From: Monocercomonoides exilis PA203
Lineage: Eukaryota; Protista; Preaxostyla
Reading direction: 5' to 3'
Assembly: GCA_001643675.2 (NCBI GenBank)
Contig: LSRY02000026.1
Coordinates: 248,001-312,000 of the forward strand
DNA: 64,000 nt
Position 1 is the stretch's first letter, and each line of letters begins with the position of its first letter. This document shows positions 25,191 to 36,783 of this stretch, in pieces. The notes beneath the pieces are model-generated. The model saw only the letters and a program-made list of their open reading frames with translations, was not told where the DNA came from and made no database searches. Both the position numbers and the translations under genes were made by a program.

Positions 25191-27181
25191 GTTTGTGTTG
25201 ATTTTCTTTTGATTAAACAAAGAAATATTATTATTATAATTTTATTGACTTTTATTTTTATTTCATATTCTTATTAAATTTCAAAACTTTTGACTTTGAA
25301 CTTTCTTTTTTTCTTGCAAACAGACATTCTTGACAGGAATTTGTTAGTTGATCGCATTGGTCATTTTGTGAGTGTGCTCATTGACAACATGCATCGAAAT
25401 GCCTGCCTGAACTGCCTCTGCATAGAAATCATTGAAACCCCTTATCTTTCCACTCTGTTGTGACTCACACAAACAATCTCCATTAAACTCTGTGCGAGAC
25501 ACGATGAAGGCACAATTCCTCATTTAATAAGGTTTGTTATATTTTTCTATTATTAAATATTTTGCTTTTATTCCATTTCTTGTTTTTCAAATTAATCTTA
25601 TTCATATTTTTATTTCAATTAATTCAATCAATTAATATTCATCCATATGAATCGTCCCTCATTAAATCACTTATTTTCAATCAGTTTCGATCGCGAAGCA
25701 TGGGCTGCGGATCTCTTCCAGGATAACTTCCCAGCGTTTGTGTCAGCATTGGAATCAAAGCTGATGAAAAAGACTGAACTGGGAACCCTCTTCTGCGCAT
25801 TTGGCTTCTTCTATTGTCACTGTGTTGCAGCTGACTGTTCATTCCACATGAAACGAGACTTCCTCTTCTCACAGACCACTAAACATTTCTTCTCTGCATC
25901 ATCAAAACCTTCTTCTTCTTCTTCCTTCTCAGATCAGTCATCCACAAACCGCTTTGATGCTTCCATGATTGAGTCAATTAAGCTCCCTTCATCCAAAGCA
26001 AACATCCTTTCATATTTCTCACAAAAGACCTTTCTTTCTCCTCCGCCTCCAATTTTCATCTGAATATATTTCTTCTCCATCACCCTCCAGAACTCCTTCT
26101 CCTCCACCTCTCAACAGCTCCAATTGGTATCGATTTTTTTCTTCTGCTCCCTCCAAATGCTCTCATTCTTTTAACATCCTCACTTTTGCCACCTTTTTCA
26201 TGGACTTCAACACAACAACAACCAAAATTGCCACATGTTCACACTGAACACAGTCTGCCAGCTCTCCAACATCAACCAACTCATCGCAATGTTCTTCTTC
26301 TTCATTGATGTCCTCCTACTGTTGAAGCGACATAATAGTGCAGGATGTTCTGTTCTTCCCATCATATTCAATCACTATCACATCTGAAGCCCACTCCCCA
26401 ATCAACAAAGTTGTCTCTTCCTTCCTTTTCACTCAATTTGAACCACCGCCGCTGAGCTTGTATTCTTTACATTTGTGATTTGCCCGTTCGTGCGTGTTAT
26501 CGACAGAAACAAATATTTATTCAAGTGGATCTTCTTTCTCTTCTTGTGGAGATAGAAACAAAAATGGCTGTATAAGTTGGATGATAAGCAGTTTTCCTGA
26601 GGTTCTTGTCTTGCAGTTGTTTTCTGTAGCGTCACAGATGAACATCCTTTTTTCAAGCACGGGAATATTTCAACAAAAATACAACAACCAGAGAAATGAG
26701 TATTTTGCTCATTTTTCTTCTATCGCTTTCAACAGAATTAGATGATGCTAAGAAGAAAATATTGTTCCCGTGGGAGCTATTCATTAATGAATTGGAGATA
26801 AGATTGTGTGAGAGATGGAGAGAGAGAAGGTGACTTCATCAGAAGAAAAAAAGGCGAATGGAAGATGCAAATTCTTTCATTTTGTGATATATGGAGAAAT
26901 CATATCGTGTTATTCATCTTCCTCGTCTTCTTCCTAGAAGGTCAAGACATCTGAATCTTTTGCAGAAGAGACAAAAGACTTATTTACACGTATGGATGAA
27001 ATGTTTGATGTAAAATATTTAGTGAAAATCCACATGACTGCCTGTTGTCAACGAATTCATCTGAGTGGAAGGGTTACCAAGAAGCGGTTTACTCAATTAC
27101 AGAGAAGAGAGATAGAAGAGGAAGCAGCGGGGAGGGTTTGAGCCTGAGTTAAAGAAAGTGTTTTGTTTTCTTTTTCTCCCC

Positions 27182-27863
27182 TCTTCTTCCTCGTCTTCTT
27201 CCTCGTCTTCTTCCTCGTCTTCTTCCTCGTCTTCTTCCTCGTCTTCTTCCTCGTCTTCTTCCTCGTCTTCTTCCTCGTCTTCTTCCTCGTCTTCTTCCTC
27301 GTCTTCTTCCTCGTCTTCTTCCTCGTCTTCTTCCTCGTCTTCTTCCTCGTCTTCTTCCTCGTCTTCTTCCTCGTCTTCTTCCTCGTCTTCTTCCTCGTCT
27401 TCTTCCTCGTCTTCTTCCTCGTCTTCTTCCTCGTCTTCTTCCTCGTCTTCTTCCTCGTCTTCTTCCTCGTCTTCTTCCTCGTCTTCTTCCTCGTCTTCTT
27501 CCTCGTCTTCTTCCTCGTCTTCTTCCTCGTCTTCTTCCTCGTCTTCTTCCTCGTCTTCTTCCTCGTCTTCTTCCTCGTCTTCTTCCTCGTCTTCTTCCTC
27601 GTCTTCTTCCTCGTCTTCTTCCTCGTCTTCTTCCTCGTCTTCTTCCTCGTCTTCTTCCTCGTCTTCTTCCTCGTCTTCTTCCTCGTCTTCTTCCTCGTCT
27701 TCTTCCTCGTCTTCTTCCTCGTCTTCTTCCTCGTCTTCTTCCTCGTCTTCTTCCTCGTCTTCTTCCTCGTCTTCTTCCTCGTCTTCTTCCTCGTCTTCTT
27801 CCTCGTCTTCTTCCTCGTCTTCTTCCTCGTCTTCTTCCTCGTCTTCTTCCTCGTCTTCTTCCT
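27182..27863. repeat. (TCTTCTTCCTCG)n 12-mer minisatellite, about 57 copies
   Basis: Perfect tandem array, directly visible. Confidence 0.97.
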
Positions 27864-28379
27864 TCTCTTTTGCTTCGTTCATTTCCCAGTCCCCCTCCAT
27901 CGTCTCGTTTTTTTATGATGATGCTGTTAGCATCAGGTGGGTATTGGAAGTTGCATCATTTTCTTCTCTTCCTCCTCATTCTCTTCTTCTTATCCTTCTT
28001 TTTCTCTCCTCCTTCCCGGCCTCCTTCCGCCTTCAACGCTTTCTGCAAATTTCTTCTTTAGCTAGATAAGGAGCTCTCCAAAAGAGAAGAGGAAGAAGAG
28101 GAAAAAATTGAGAGAGAAAGAAAGAGTTTCAAAGATAAGAAATAGCATGTTTCAACTTTTATTATTTCTTTTCGTATTGCACACACAAAAACAAATCTGT
28201 TACTGCAACAGCATCTTCATCTTCGTCTTCTGCTTACTTTATCTTCTCCTTTATCTTCGTCTTCGCAACCTTTTATTGCACCTTCTTCAAACGCCCCATC
28301 CCGTAATTCACATTCAAACAAGGTGCCATCTCCCGCCCACAATACACCTCCTCAACACCAGATGCTCCATCAACATAAA

Positions 28380-28870
28380 TTGAATCATCAAAGTAACCGT
28401 CAAAGAATATAAACAAATCGACATTCCAGTTGCCAAATGTTTCTGTTCAATCATGTCCAACAACCGAGTTGTCTTTCTGAGTGATGCTTCTCATGAAGGC
28501 GAACAAGGGTTCCTTCACAGAAGCGACAAATGATTCACACACAAAATACACATCTCTTCCGACACTGGCCTTGTTTCCTGAAAACACGATATTCGTGATG
28601 GAAAAGGTTGTGGATGACACTTGTGAGCCTTCATTGAACTCGATCATGAGAGCACCGCCTCTTCCTCCAAAACTTGTATCCTCGCTCACACAGCAGCTGG
28701 AGAAGGTGGAGTCACTCACTGAAAGCGAGTTGGCAGGGGCAGATGAGGCGAATGAGATGCACCCGCCATTAGTGGCAGTTTGTTGGTTTTGTGGAGCTGA
28801 GTTGATGCTGGTCATGGTGCAGTTGGAGAGGGAGAGGGAGAGGGAGAGGGAGAGGGCAGGGGAGTTTGCA
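28380..28870 (-). pseudogene. Fragment of beta-helix-like surface protein, close paralog of 40864-42153
   Basis: TATNGGCISFASS...GGRGGALMIE...FSGNKASVGRDVYFVC nearly identical to the copy at about 41570-42000. Confidence 0.75.
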
Positions 28871-30251
28871 ATTAATGAAGAAATAAAAGAAGAAAGAAGA
28901 GGAAGTGCAGGATGAGTGGAATGAATTCCTTTGTGTATTAAGGAGCGATGGAGTGAATATGTAGAATGAGAATGTTAAAGAAACAATAATGGAGTATTTT
29001 GGATGAAGAACTAAGGGGATGGAGAGAGAAGTCTATAAGTTATAAGATCAGGAGAAGAGAGAGAAATAGAAGAATTTTATTCAGTTGTTCTTGGAAATAT
29101 TAACTTTTCCACAATTCCATCCAGTTACTCAATCACTAGACTGGAATGATGATTTTGTGATGTTAAAGCCAAAGAAATTAAAGGTGATAAACTATTGTCA
29201 TTTTTTAAAAGTCAAAAAAATTTTTTTATTCAAATTTAAAACTTTTTCAATGTATTTTGCTTTCTTTTCCCAATTATGAGTATTGCAAAGTTAGTCTTGA
29301 AACTTCTATTTTTTTTCTGAAGTTTTAGTTATTTGTTTTTGTTAATTTTTATTTAACTTGATCAAAAAAATCCATTTTCAACAAAGACATTAATAAGGTA
29401 TGTATTTTTTGTATAAATTAAACCTTTGAGACATAATAAATCTGAGATGTTCGTGTCGGTCGAAAAAAAGAACTTGTGTCGAAGTATTTTTTTTTTTTTT
29501 TTTTTTTTTTTTTAATGTCATGTGAATGCATTCCTGTGTTGCTCAATTCGATTTAACAAAAATGAATAAATAAATTGCAGAATATTTTTAACATAATGAA
29601 TATTCATAATTCTTCAATGATCTTCTTATCCATAATTATACAAAAAATTTCACATTGCTATGGGTATTATCAAAATTGTTTACAGTTTAACTGATGAATC
29701 ATTAAATAATGAATATTGTGAACTTCGTATTCCATGAACATTTATCACATAAATATGATGAGGAATGTATGTTATTTTATTATCACGAGTTTTCTTTCAT
29801 TATCTAAAATGATATTAATTTTTCTTTCAATTATTTCAATTTAACGTTTTTCAATGAATAATCATTTATACAAGTTTGAGAATATTCATCATTTGAGAAT
29901 TTCATGTGTGATGGCTGATCGAACATTATCATAATGCAAATTAAAATGAAAAAGGTTTGTAAAAATGTCTGTGATTTTTATTTGTATTGATGTTCTTTCA
30001 TTTTGTTGTTTTACATAGACGTTCATTAATTTTTTGAAATAAAAGAAATTTAAAGCTGATGACTGAATAAATGTTCACATTTTCAAAGAATAATAAAGGT
30101 TTCAAATGTTTGAGAGTTTTGTGAATTATATATTGTTTTTCAATTAACTTTTCACTATTATATCGATTCTTCGATTTATTTAAATATCAAAAAAGTAGCA
30201 AAGAAACAAAAATTCATTTCGAGTAGTTGATTAAAGAAAGATCAGCGTGCG

Positions 30252-31304
30252 TTGGAGATGACTGAAAAGCAAACATCGCCTAAGTCTCAGCGAAGGAAAG
30301 TTTATAGGGAGGCCTTGAAGAAGAACAAGGATAGGACAATGAAGAGAATATATGAGAAAAGTTTGGGACACTCAGAGTCATCTGAGCATTTGCTGAGTGA
30401 GAGTGGCTCCACTGAATATATTCTGGGAAGAGATTCAGACAAGATCCATGAATGGATGCTGGAGAAGGTTGATGAGAAAGAAGAAGATGAGGAGGAAACA
30501 AGAAAGAGATCACCATCACCATCCATTTCATCCACTTCAACAACTGATTCAGACTCAACATTTGTCAGAACAGAAAGTCTTTGTCCAACCACCTCATCGA
30601 TGTCGAATCTGGTGGATGCGATGGCATGCTCCTCACCACACGAAAAGTTGATTGTGGATTTGAGGGATTCTCTTTTCATGTTGCTTCATGGAAGAAATGA
30701 GAAGAAAGAAATGGCGATTGGCACTCTGCAGGAGAGGGAGCAAACAGCTGCTCAGATCATGTTCTGGGTGGCCAATCTTGCTCTCCACTCTTTTGATGAG
30801 ATGGAAAATGGATTATCTTCTCTTTCCACTCTGAGCCCTCACATTGTGTTGTTTTCAGAACACATGGTGATCTGCATTGTGATGCACTCTGACTTCTCAT
30901 CTGATGATAGTTCAGATTCATCATCCATCTCATCATCGACCATTGTGACATCTGCAAGTGATGATAGTGACTCCCTTCCCTCATCTGCCTTTGAAGATGA
31001 GGATGACTTCAAAAAAGAGTGTTTGAGGTGGAAGGCACCAGAGCTGCAGGTGAACAAGAAGATGGGAGCAACGAAGAAGTCAGTGGTGTTTTCGATAGGG
31101 ATGATGTTGTGGGAGTGCTTGACACTGAATATTCCGTTTGGAGAGTATGAGGTGGAAGTGGCTGGGCAGAAGATTGTGAATGGAGGAAGAATGGATAAAA
31201 CGTACGAGAGTAGGTTTTCACTCAGTCGTCTTGTTTTGGTTTCCTTTTTTTTCGAATGGTCAGAGTCCAGACATGCTGAAGTGAAGAGAAATCATATCCA
31301 ATGA
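30252..31304 (+). pseudogene. Tyrosine-kinase-like (pseudo)kinase C-terminal fragment
   Basis: LRWKAPEL...KSVVFSIGMMLWECLTLNIPFGE (kinase subdomains VIII-IX). HRD/DFG not recognisable; the C-terminus drifts out of frame. Confidence 0.7.
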
Positions 31305-32908
31305 TTTACGAACTTGCAGTAATCTTCATGGACTCAAACATAATCAACGATGAAGCAGAAAGTTGAGGATATGTGAGTGAATATATTGGAAGAGACCTTA
31401 CTGGAATAAATGCAGCTTACGATGAACAAAGCATATGATAAATGTTTTTTTTTTCGTTCCAACAGCTGTTTATCGTGTTCTTTTCTCATTTATTGATCTT
31501 CCTATCTTTTATTGATATCATTTATTTTATGTTACTGGTTTTTTCTTTCATCAAACTCACAAAATATCCAAAGAGAATTTTTTTAGATTTGTTATTTGTA
31601 ACTTTTCGTGAAATAAGAAAAAAATTTGAACCTGAAATAAGACTATTGATATGAAAAAAATGATATCGATCAGAAACTCAATGAAAATCCTTTTTTTTCA
31701 CAATTAACATCGCATTTGATGTTCACGATGTTGATGAATATCTTCTTTCTGCAATTATTCGCTTGAAGTGTGAAAGAAGAAATTTGCATGAGTATCAGGA
31801 ACCGTTCCGCATTTTCTTATTTCAAAATTGCAAACATTGGGATTGTCTTGAACAATTGAAGGCTTGTAATCAATAAGAAAAAATGTGAGGAAGGCGATAC
31901 ATTCAGACTACAATTGATCTGTGAGATTGCGTTCAATTTTTTCCACATTTTTTCAAATCCGCTTCTAATGCGCGTGAACAAATCCATTTGTAATAATTAT
32001 TATTTTCGAATGTTCCACTTTTTTCTATCCTGCGAAACCCAATTATTCGACACGTCAATTTTTCCGTTTAATCAATTTTGAAACCATCAAATTTCATTCT
32101 CCGCAAGTTGCATGTTTTGCTTTGATAAGAAGATTGGTCAACAAATAGAATTGGATAAAAAAAATTAATGAAATAGATGCAGAGTTGAGTCAAACATGTT
32201 TCATCGAATTCGACATTTTCTGATTCCTGGACAACTTCTTTAAATCAAGAATTTAATAAAAAAATTTCTCACAAGTTTCTTCGCGATTATTTTCTTTAAA
32301 CGATAAATAATCATCATATTCGCCAAAAGAGTATTCTGAAATCAAAATCCGAAGATATTTGCGTAATGAAAATGATAATTTTCATGATATTTATTATGCT
32401 CGCTAAAGAAAATTTCTGCATAAAGATGAGATTGTTCTTAACATTAAATAGAGCTGATGTAATTGTTGTTTTTGTTCAGCTGAGTTTTTTCCATAATAGA
32501 CTTATTGATCTTATACGACACAACGATCTACGTCAAGAAAAAATCCCATTGAGTCCGATCTGTTGTTAAACCTTAATTTACATCAAATTTTATTTATCAA
32601 AAAAATCATATTTGTGTATATAAAGTTAATTATAATAATTATAAAAACATTATGAATTGGCTATAATTTCTAAAAAAAGTAAGAAAATAAATATTATGAG
32701 TTTTGAAAATATTTCGAATGTTTGTATGTCTGTCGAGATGTCGAAGATATGAAAAATTGTCGGTATGTCGCAAAGGTTTAGTATAAATAAATAAAATAAA
32801 TAATTTATTCATCAATACATGCTTAATGCCCAAAAAAAAATCAATTTGATTATTTGATCAAAGAATACCACAATATATATTATTTTTTCGATTTTTGATC
32901 TTTTTTTT

Positions 32909-33457
32909 ATGATGTCAAAAAAAATCACCCACATTGCAATGACGCCAGATTCTGCTCCTACACGGACCTTGGATAAAGCCTGCAAATTGCTATTCGGAGA
33001 TCAGACCTCTAACTCAGTGTTCAACTTTCCAATTAACGCCAGTGATATTTATCAGTCAACAGTTGAATATGAGTTGCTCTCGGTTCCCCCATTTATTCCA
33101 TCTTAAACCCACGCTCACTCCCGATCAAGAAGCTGGTGCTCCGATGCACTTGATGAGGGAGCCTGGAAAGTGGAGTCTCGGTTGCTCCCAGCGTTGAAGG
33201 CAATTGTGTTGGCAACTCATAATGCGAAGCAGGAGGATAAACCTTATTTAAGCGACGCGTTAACCTTCTTAATTGCAGCGCTCCAAGAGGCTAGACATAT
33301 GAGGATAATTGCAAAACTTGGTTTTGCTGCGGCTAGGTTATTACAGGAAGAAAAAGAAGATCCATTGCTCAACAGAGAACAACTTGAGAGGATTGCACCG
33401 CTGATGCAGAAGAAACAAGAGGCTATTACACACTCTTCGAATAAAGCCAGTCGTTAG
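32909..33457 (+). pseudogene. DIRS gag-like ORF (in-frame TAA at 33104)
   Basis: WCSDALDEGAWKVE...ALQEARHMRI..KLGF.AA is homologous to element B gag (WINDALDQAGYKME...ALQEARTVRI..RFGF.AA). Confidence 0.65.
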
Positions 33458-33479
33458 AGCGCACACCTCGAGAGCATTT

Positions 33480-35402
33480 AACTCCAAAAGACTTGTTTTT
33501 TCGGAGAAAGTAGGAGGCCGCACCCAGACCTTCGCACGAGAGTGGGAGAAAATTGGAGAGGGAGAAGTGATTGCGGAGGGTATTCGACCGATTTGGAAAG
33601 GAAAGGGTGTGAGAGAAAAACTAGAGAAGGAGATTGGACGATGCAGAGGCTTTATCGGAGGGAAGAAAGAGGAGCAAGCCTGTGCAGAGTGGATACAAGA
33701 GGGGTTGAGGACGGAAGTGTTGACCAAGCTGACCGCGGACCAAGTTGGTTGCCAAAACAACATTTTCTTTATTTTGAAGAAAAACGGGAAATTCAGACAG
33801 ATCCTACACTGCAGACCTCTGAACTCCGCGCTGAAGGATGTTCACTTCAAAATGGACGATCATCGCACGGTGGAGAAACTGCTGCAAAAGGAAGACTGGG
33901 CGACCTCTTTGGACCTCTCTCAAGCATATTTCCTCATACAGGTACACAGAGAGTTTACACCTTTCTTGGCTTTCCAGTTCAGAGGAGATTTCTTCGGTTT
34001 CAGGGGAATGCCGTTTGGATACAAGGACACCCCCAGGGTCTTTACCAAGTTGATGCGCAAAGTAATGTTACAGGTGAGGAAACGGTGGAGCGTGAGATGT
34101 GTAACCTATTTGGACGATATTCTTCTTCTTCATCAGGACAGGAATTAACTAAGAGCAGCAACGAAGGAGATTGTAGAATGGTTGTGGCAGCTAGGCTTGT
34201 TGGTAAATATGGAGAAAAGCGAGCTACAACCAAAAAGACACTTCAATTATCTGGGATGGAGATGTGACAGCAACCAAATGAATGTCAGGTTGGAAGATCA
34301 ACGACGCAGGGAGCTGAGGCAACAATGTGGGAAATGGATGAAGTGGGTGAAGCGCAGCAGGACTGTGAAGGTGCGGGGTTTAGCATCCTTCATAGGGCTA
34401 CTCAGCGCTACGCGCTTCGTGTTGAGAGACGCAAGCTTGTTCATGAACCGATGGTATGCGGTTCTCAACAAAGGCGTGAGAGAATCGGGTTGGAATGGGG
34501 AGGTGCGCCTCAACGGCAGTCTGAGGAGGCAATTGGAGCTATCGTGGCAGAGGCTGAATACGCGGTTCAGCAGGAAGCTTGTGGACTTTGCCAGCCCGGA
34601 AGCTGTTCTTACAACGGACGCATCTCCGTTTGCAGTGGGAGCAACCTTGAATATTGCGGGGAATGTGCAACATTTCCACAATCTTCTCAGCCCAACATGC
34701 AGGGAACAGACTTCGAATTACAGAGAGCTTTTGGCTGTTCTCCTTGCGCTCAACAATTATTCTTCCAGCCTGGAGCGCAACAAAATCCACAACCTGCTCC
34801 TCCGTTCGGACAATACCTCAGTAGTTTTCAATATCAACAGGTGGGGAGCAGGACCGAACTTGATCTCTCTGCTGAGAAAGATTCAATATGTATGTCAAGC
34901 GATGGAGGTGACATTGAAGTCCATTCACATTCCGGGAGAAAAGAAAGTGATAGCAGACTCGCTGTCAAGACTTGCAATCGCAGGAGACTACGAGATTCGG
35001 ACTCAAAATCTTCGCGAAGCAGAAGCAGTTCTGGGAGCCGTCCCAGATGTGGACGCATTCGCAAACATATGAAACATGAAAAGACCGATATGGTATGGGC
35101 CAGGAAGCCCCTGGTGCACGGACGGTTAGGCCGCAGACTGGAGAGAAGGAGTCATCTTGACACATCCCCCTGTGCCCCTCATAATGCCTTGTCTGAAAAA
35201 AACCCAGACGGAAAGAGCGAAAGTGGTTCTTCTTCTACCAGCCTGGAAAAATCAAGTGTGGAGTCAATTGTTAGAAGAGATGGAGACTCATCGAGTTGTA
35301 TGGAAGGACGCAAAGGAGGTCCTGATGCCAGGAGAAGGTCTAAGAAGGACGGGAGCATCTCTACCACTGGGAGGATACATGGCAGCGCAGCTAACCTGGT
35401 AG
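33480..35402 (+). pseudogene. DIRS RT-RNase H-adenine methyltransferase-like ORF with premature stops
   Basis: KKNGKFRQILHCR, SLDLSQAY, MPFG, YLDD; TTDAS, SNYRELLA, RSDN, ADSLSR; DAFA...W...HPP. Stops at 34146 and 35070, and a TAG near 35127. Confidence 0.9.
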
Positions 35403-36406
35403 CAGATGAAGGCGAAATATGGTTGAAACAGAGCATGAGACAATGTGGAGTAACAGTGAGGATCCAAGGTGCCTCAAGGAACAGTGTGGCTCAAACAACA
35501 TGGAGGTCGTATTGCTTCGGATTCAAACACTTCAGCAGAGCATGGAGGAGATTGAAACTGCGACAGTTCCTCAAGAAGTTTGACAACTGGATAAAGAACT
35601 GCGCGGACTGTTTTACAGACCTGAGGGACCGAGGTTTTTCATATGCTTGTCTCGCAGCCACGCGTTCGGCTATTTCCCTCTTTTCAAAGGTGGTCTGTGG
35701 TAAGGAGATAGGAGGAAACTCTCTCTTTCATGTGCTGTTTAGGTCGTTCTCCAGAAGCCAACTGCACAGAAAACCTCACACTGAGATGTGGAGGCCAGAC
35801 CTCGCTTTTCGATATTATTTTCAGGACTAACCAAATGAGAAGTTGTCGTTCCTCGAACTAACCATAAAAAGCATTTTGCTAATTATGATATTCACAGCCT
35901 GCAGGTTTCGTAAACTAGCACAGCTCTCAATGATGGCATCGATTGTAGATTCAAGTGCAGTGCATCTCCAAACGAAGCTCAAGACGACAAATTCACCTTC
36001 ATTCATTACAGTACCTTTCTTAGACGAGTCAAATGCAAAGATTTGCCCAGCAAGAACCTTTTTGTACCTATGGGAATTCATAAAACAGAGACACCCTGAA
36101 TGTGACACATTTCTCTTGAACACAATGAAATTCACCCCGCTGACAGTGGAGGGTATTAGGAAGCTAGCTAGAATAGGAATGACTTGGATAGGAGTTCCCA
36201 AACATTACCGCCCATATACCATTAAGCACGCTGCTATTTCAACGCTGATGCTCAACAAGGTACCGGAAGCTCTGGTTGCAAAATACGCTAGACTATCACC
36301 AACTGCACACACTCCCTCTAGATTCTACCTCTCTGCAGACTTATCCCATCAAATGGCTGACAAGCTTATTTCAGCATCAAGCACACAATCTCCGATACTC
36401 CAATAG
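35400..36406 (+). pseudogene. DIRS tyrosine recombinase (TAA at 35828)
   Basis: TWRSY, RSAIS, TACR, KT, ICP, YTIKH, terminal RFY. Confidence 0.85.
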
Positions 36407-36681
36407 CAAACCTCGTGTTAGAAAAGCCAACAACTTGAGAAAACGGACTCAAATGTCACATCCGACCTGCCAACTGATGTCAACAGATTCGGTTTACCTC
36501 CCGTCATTCAGTCCACAAGACAAGACACCCAGATAACTCACCCATCAAAGATAGAAGAACCTGACGATCAGTAAAGGGCAAACATCCAAGCTGAAGGTAT
36601 AAGGGATATAATCAGCATTTGGAAGATCAAGTGTTCCGGACGGAGAATTCGACTAGACAACTGGAAAGCCCAATTACTAAG

Positions 36682-36783
36682 ACTCCCATAAAAGAGAGGT
36701 GTCGTAGATCACGATTGTTCTTAAGAATTAAGGTGCTTTGCACTTTAATTCGGGAAGAACAATCAATCTACGACACCTCTCTT
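36682..36783. repeat. ICR of DIRS element A
   Basis: Second half is complementary to the right end 37217-37248; first half repeats 37206-37232 and ends in the palindrome AATTAAGGTGC-TTT-GCACTTTAATT. Confidence 0.8.

Noticed and set aside
27097-28069. Long poly-E/D, poly-S and FFLV ORFs (also 2707-2982, 2718-2960, 15787-16275)
   Set aside because: By-products of stop-free tandem repeats; no independent coding evidence.
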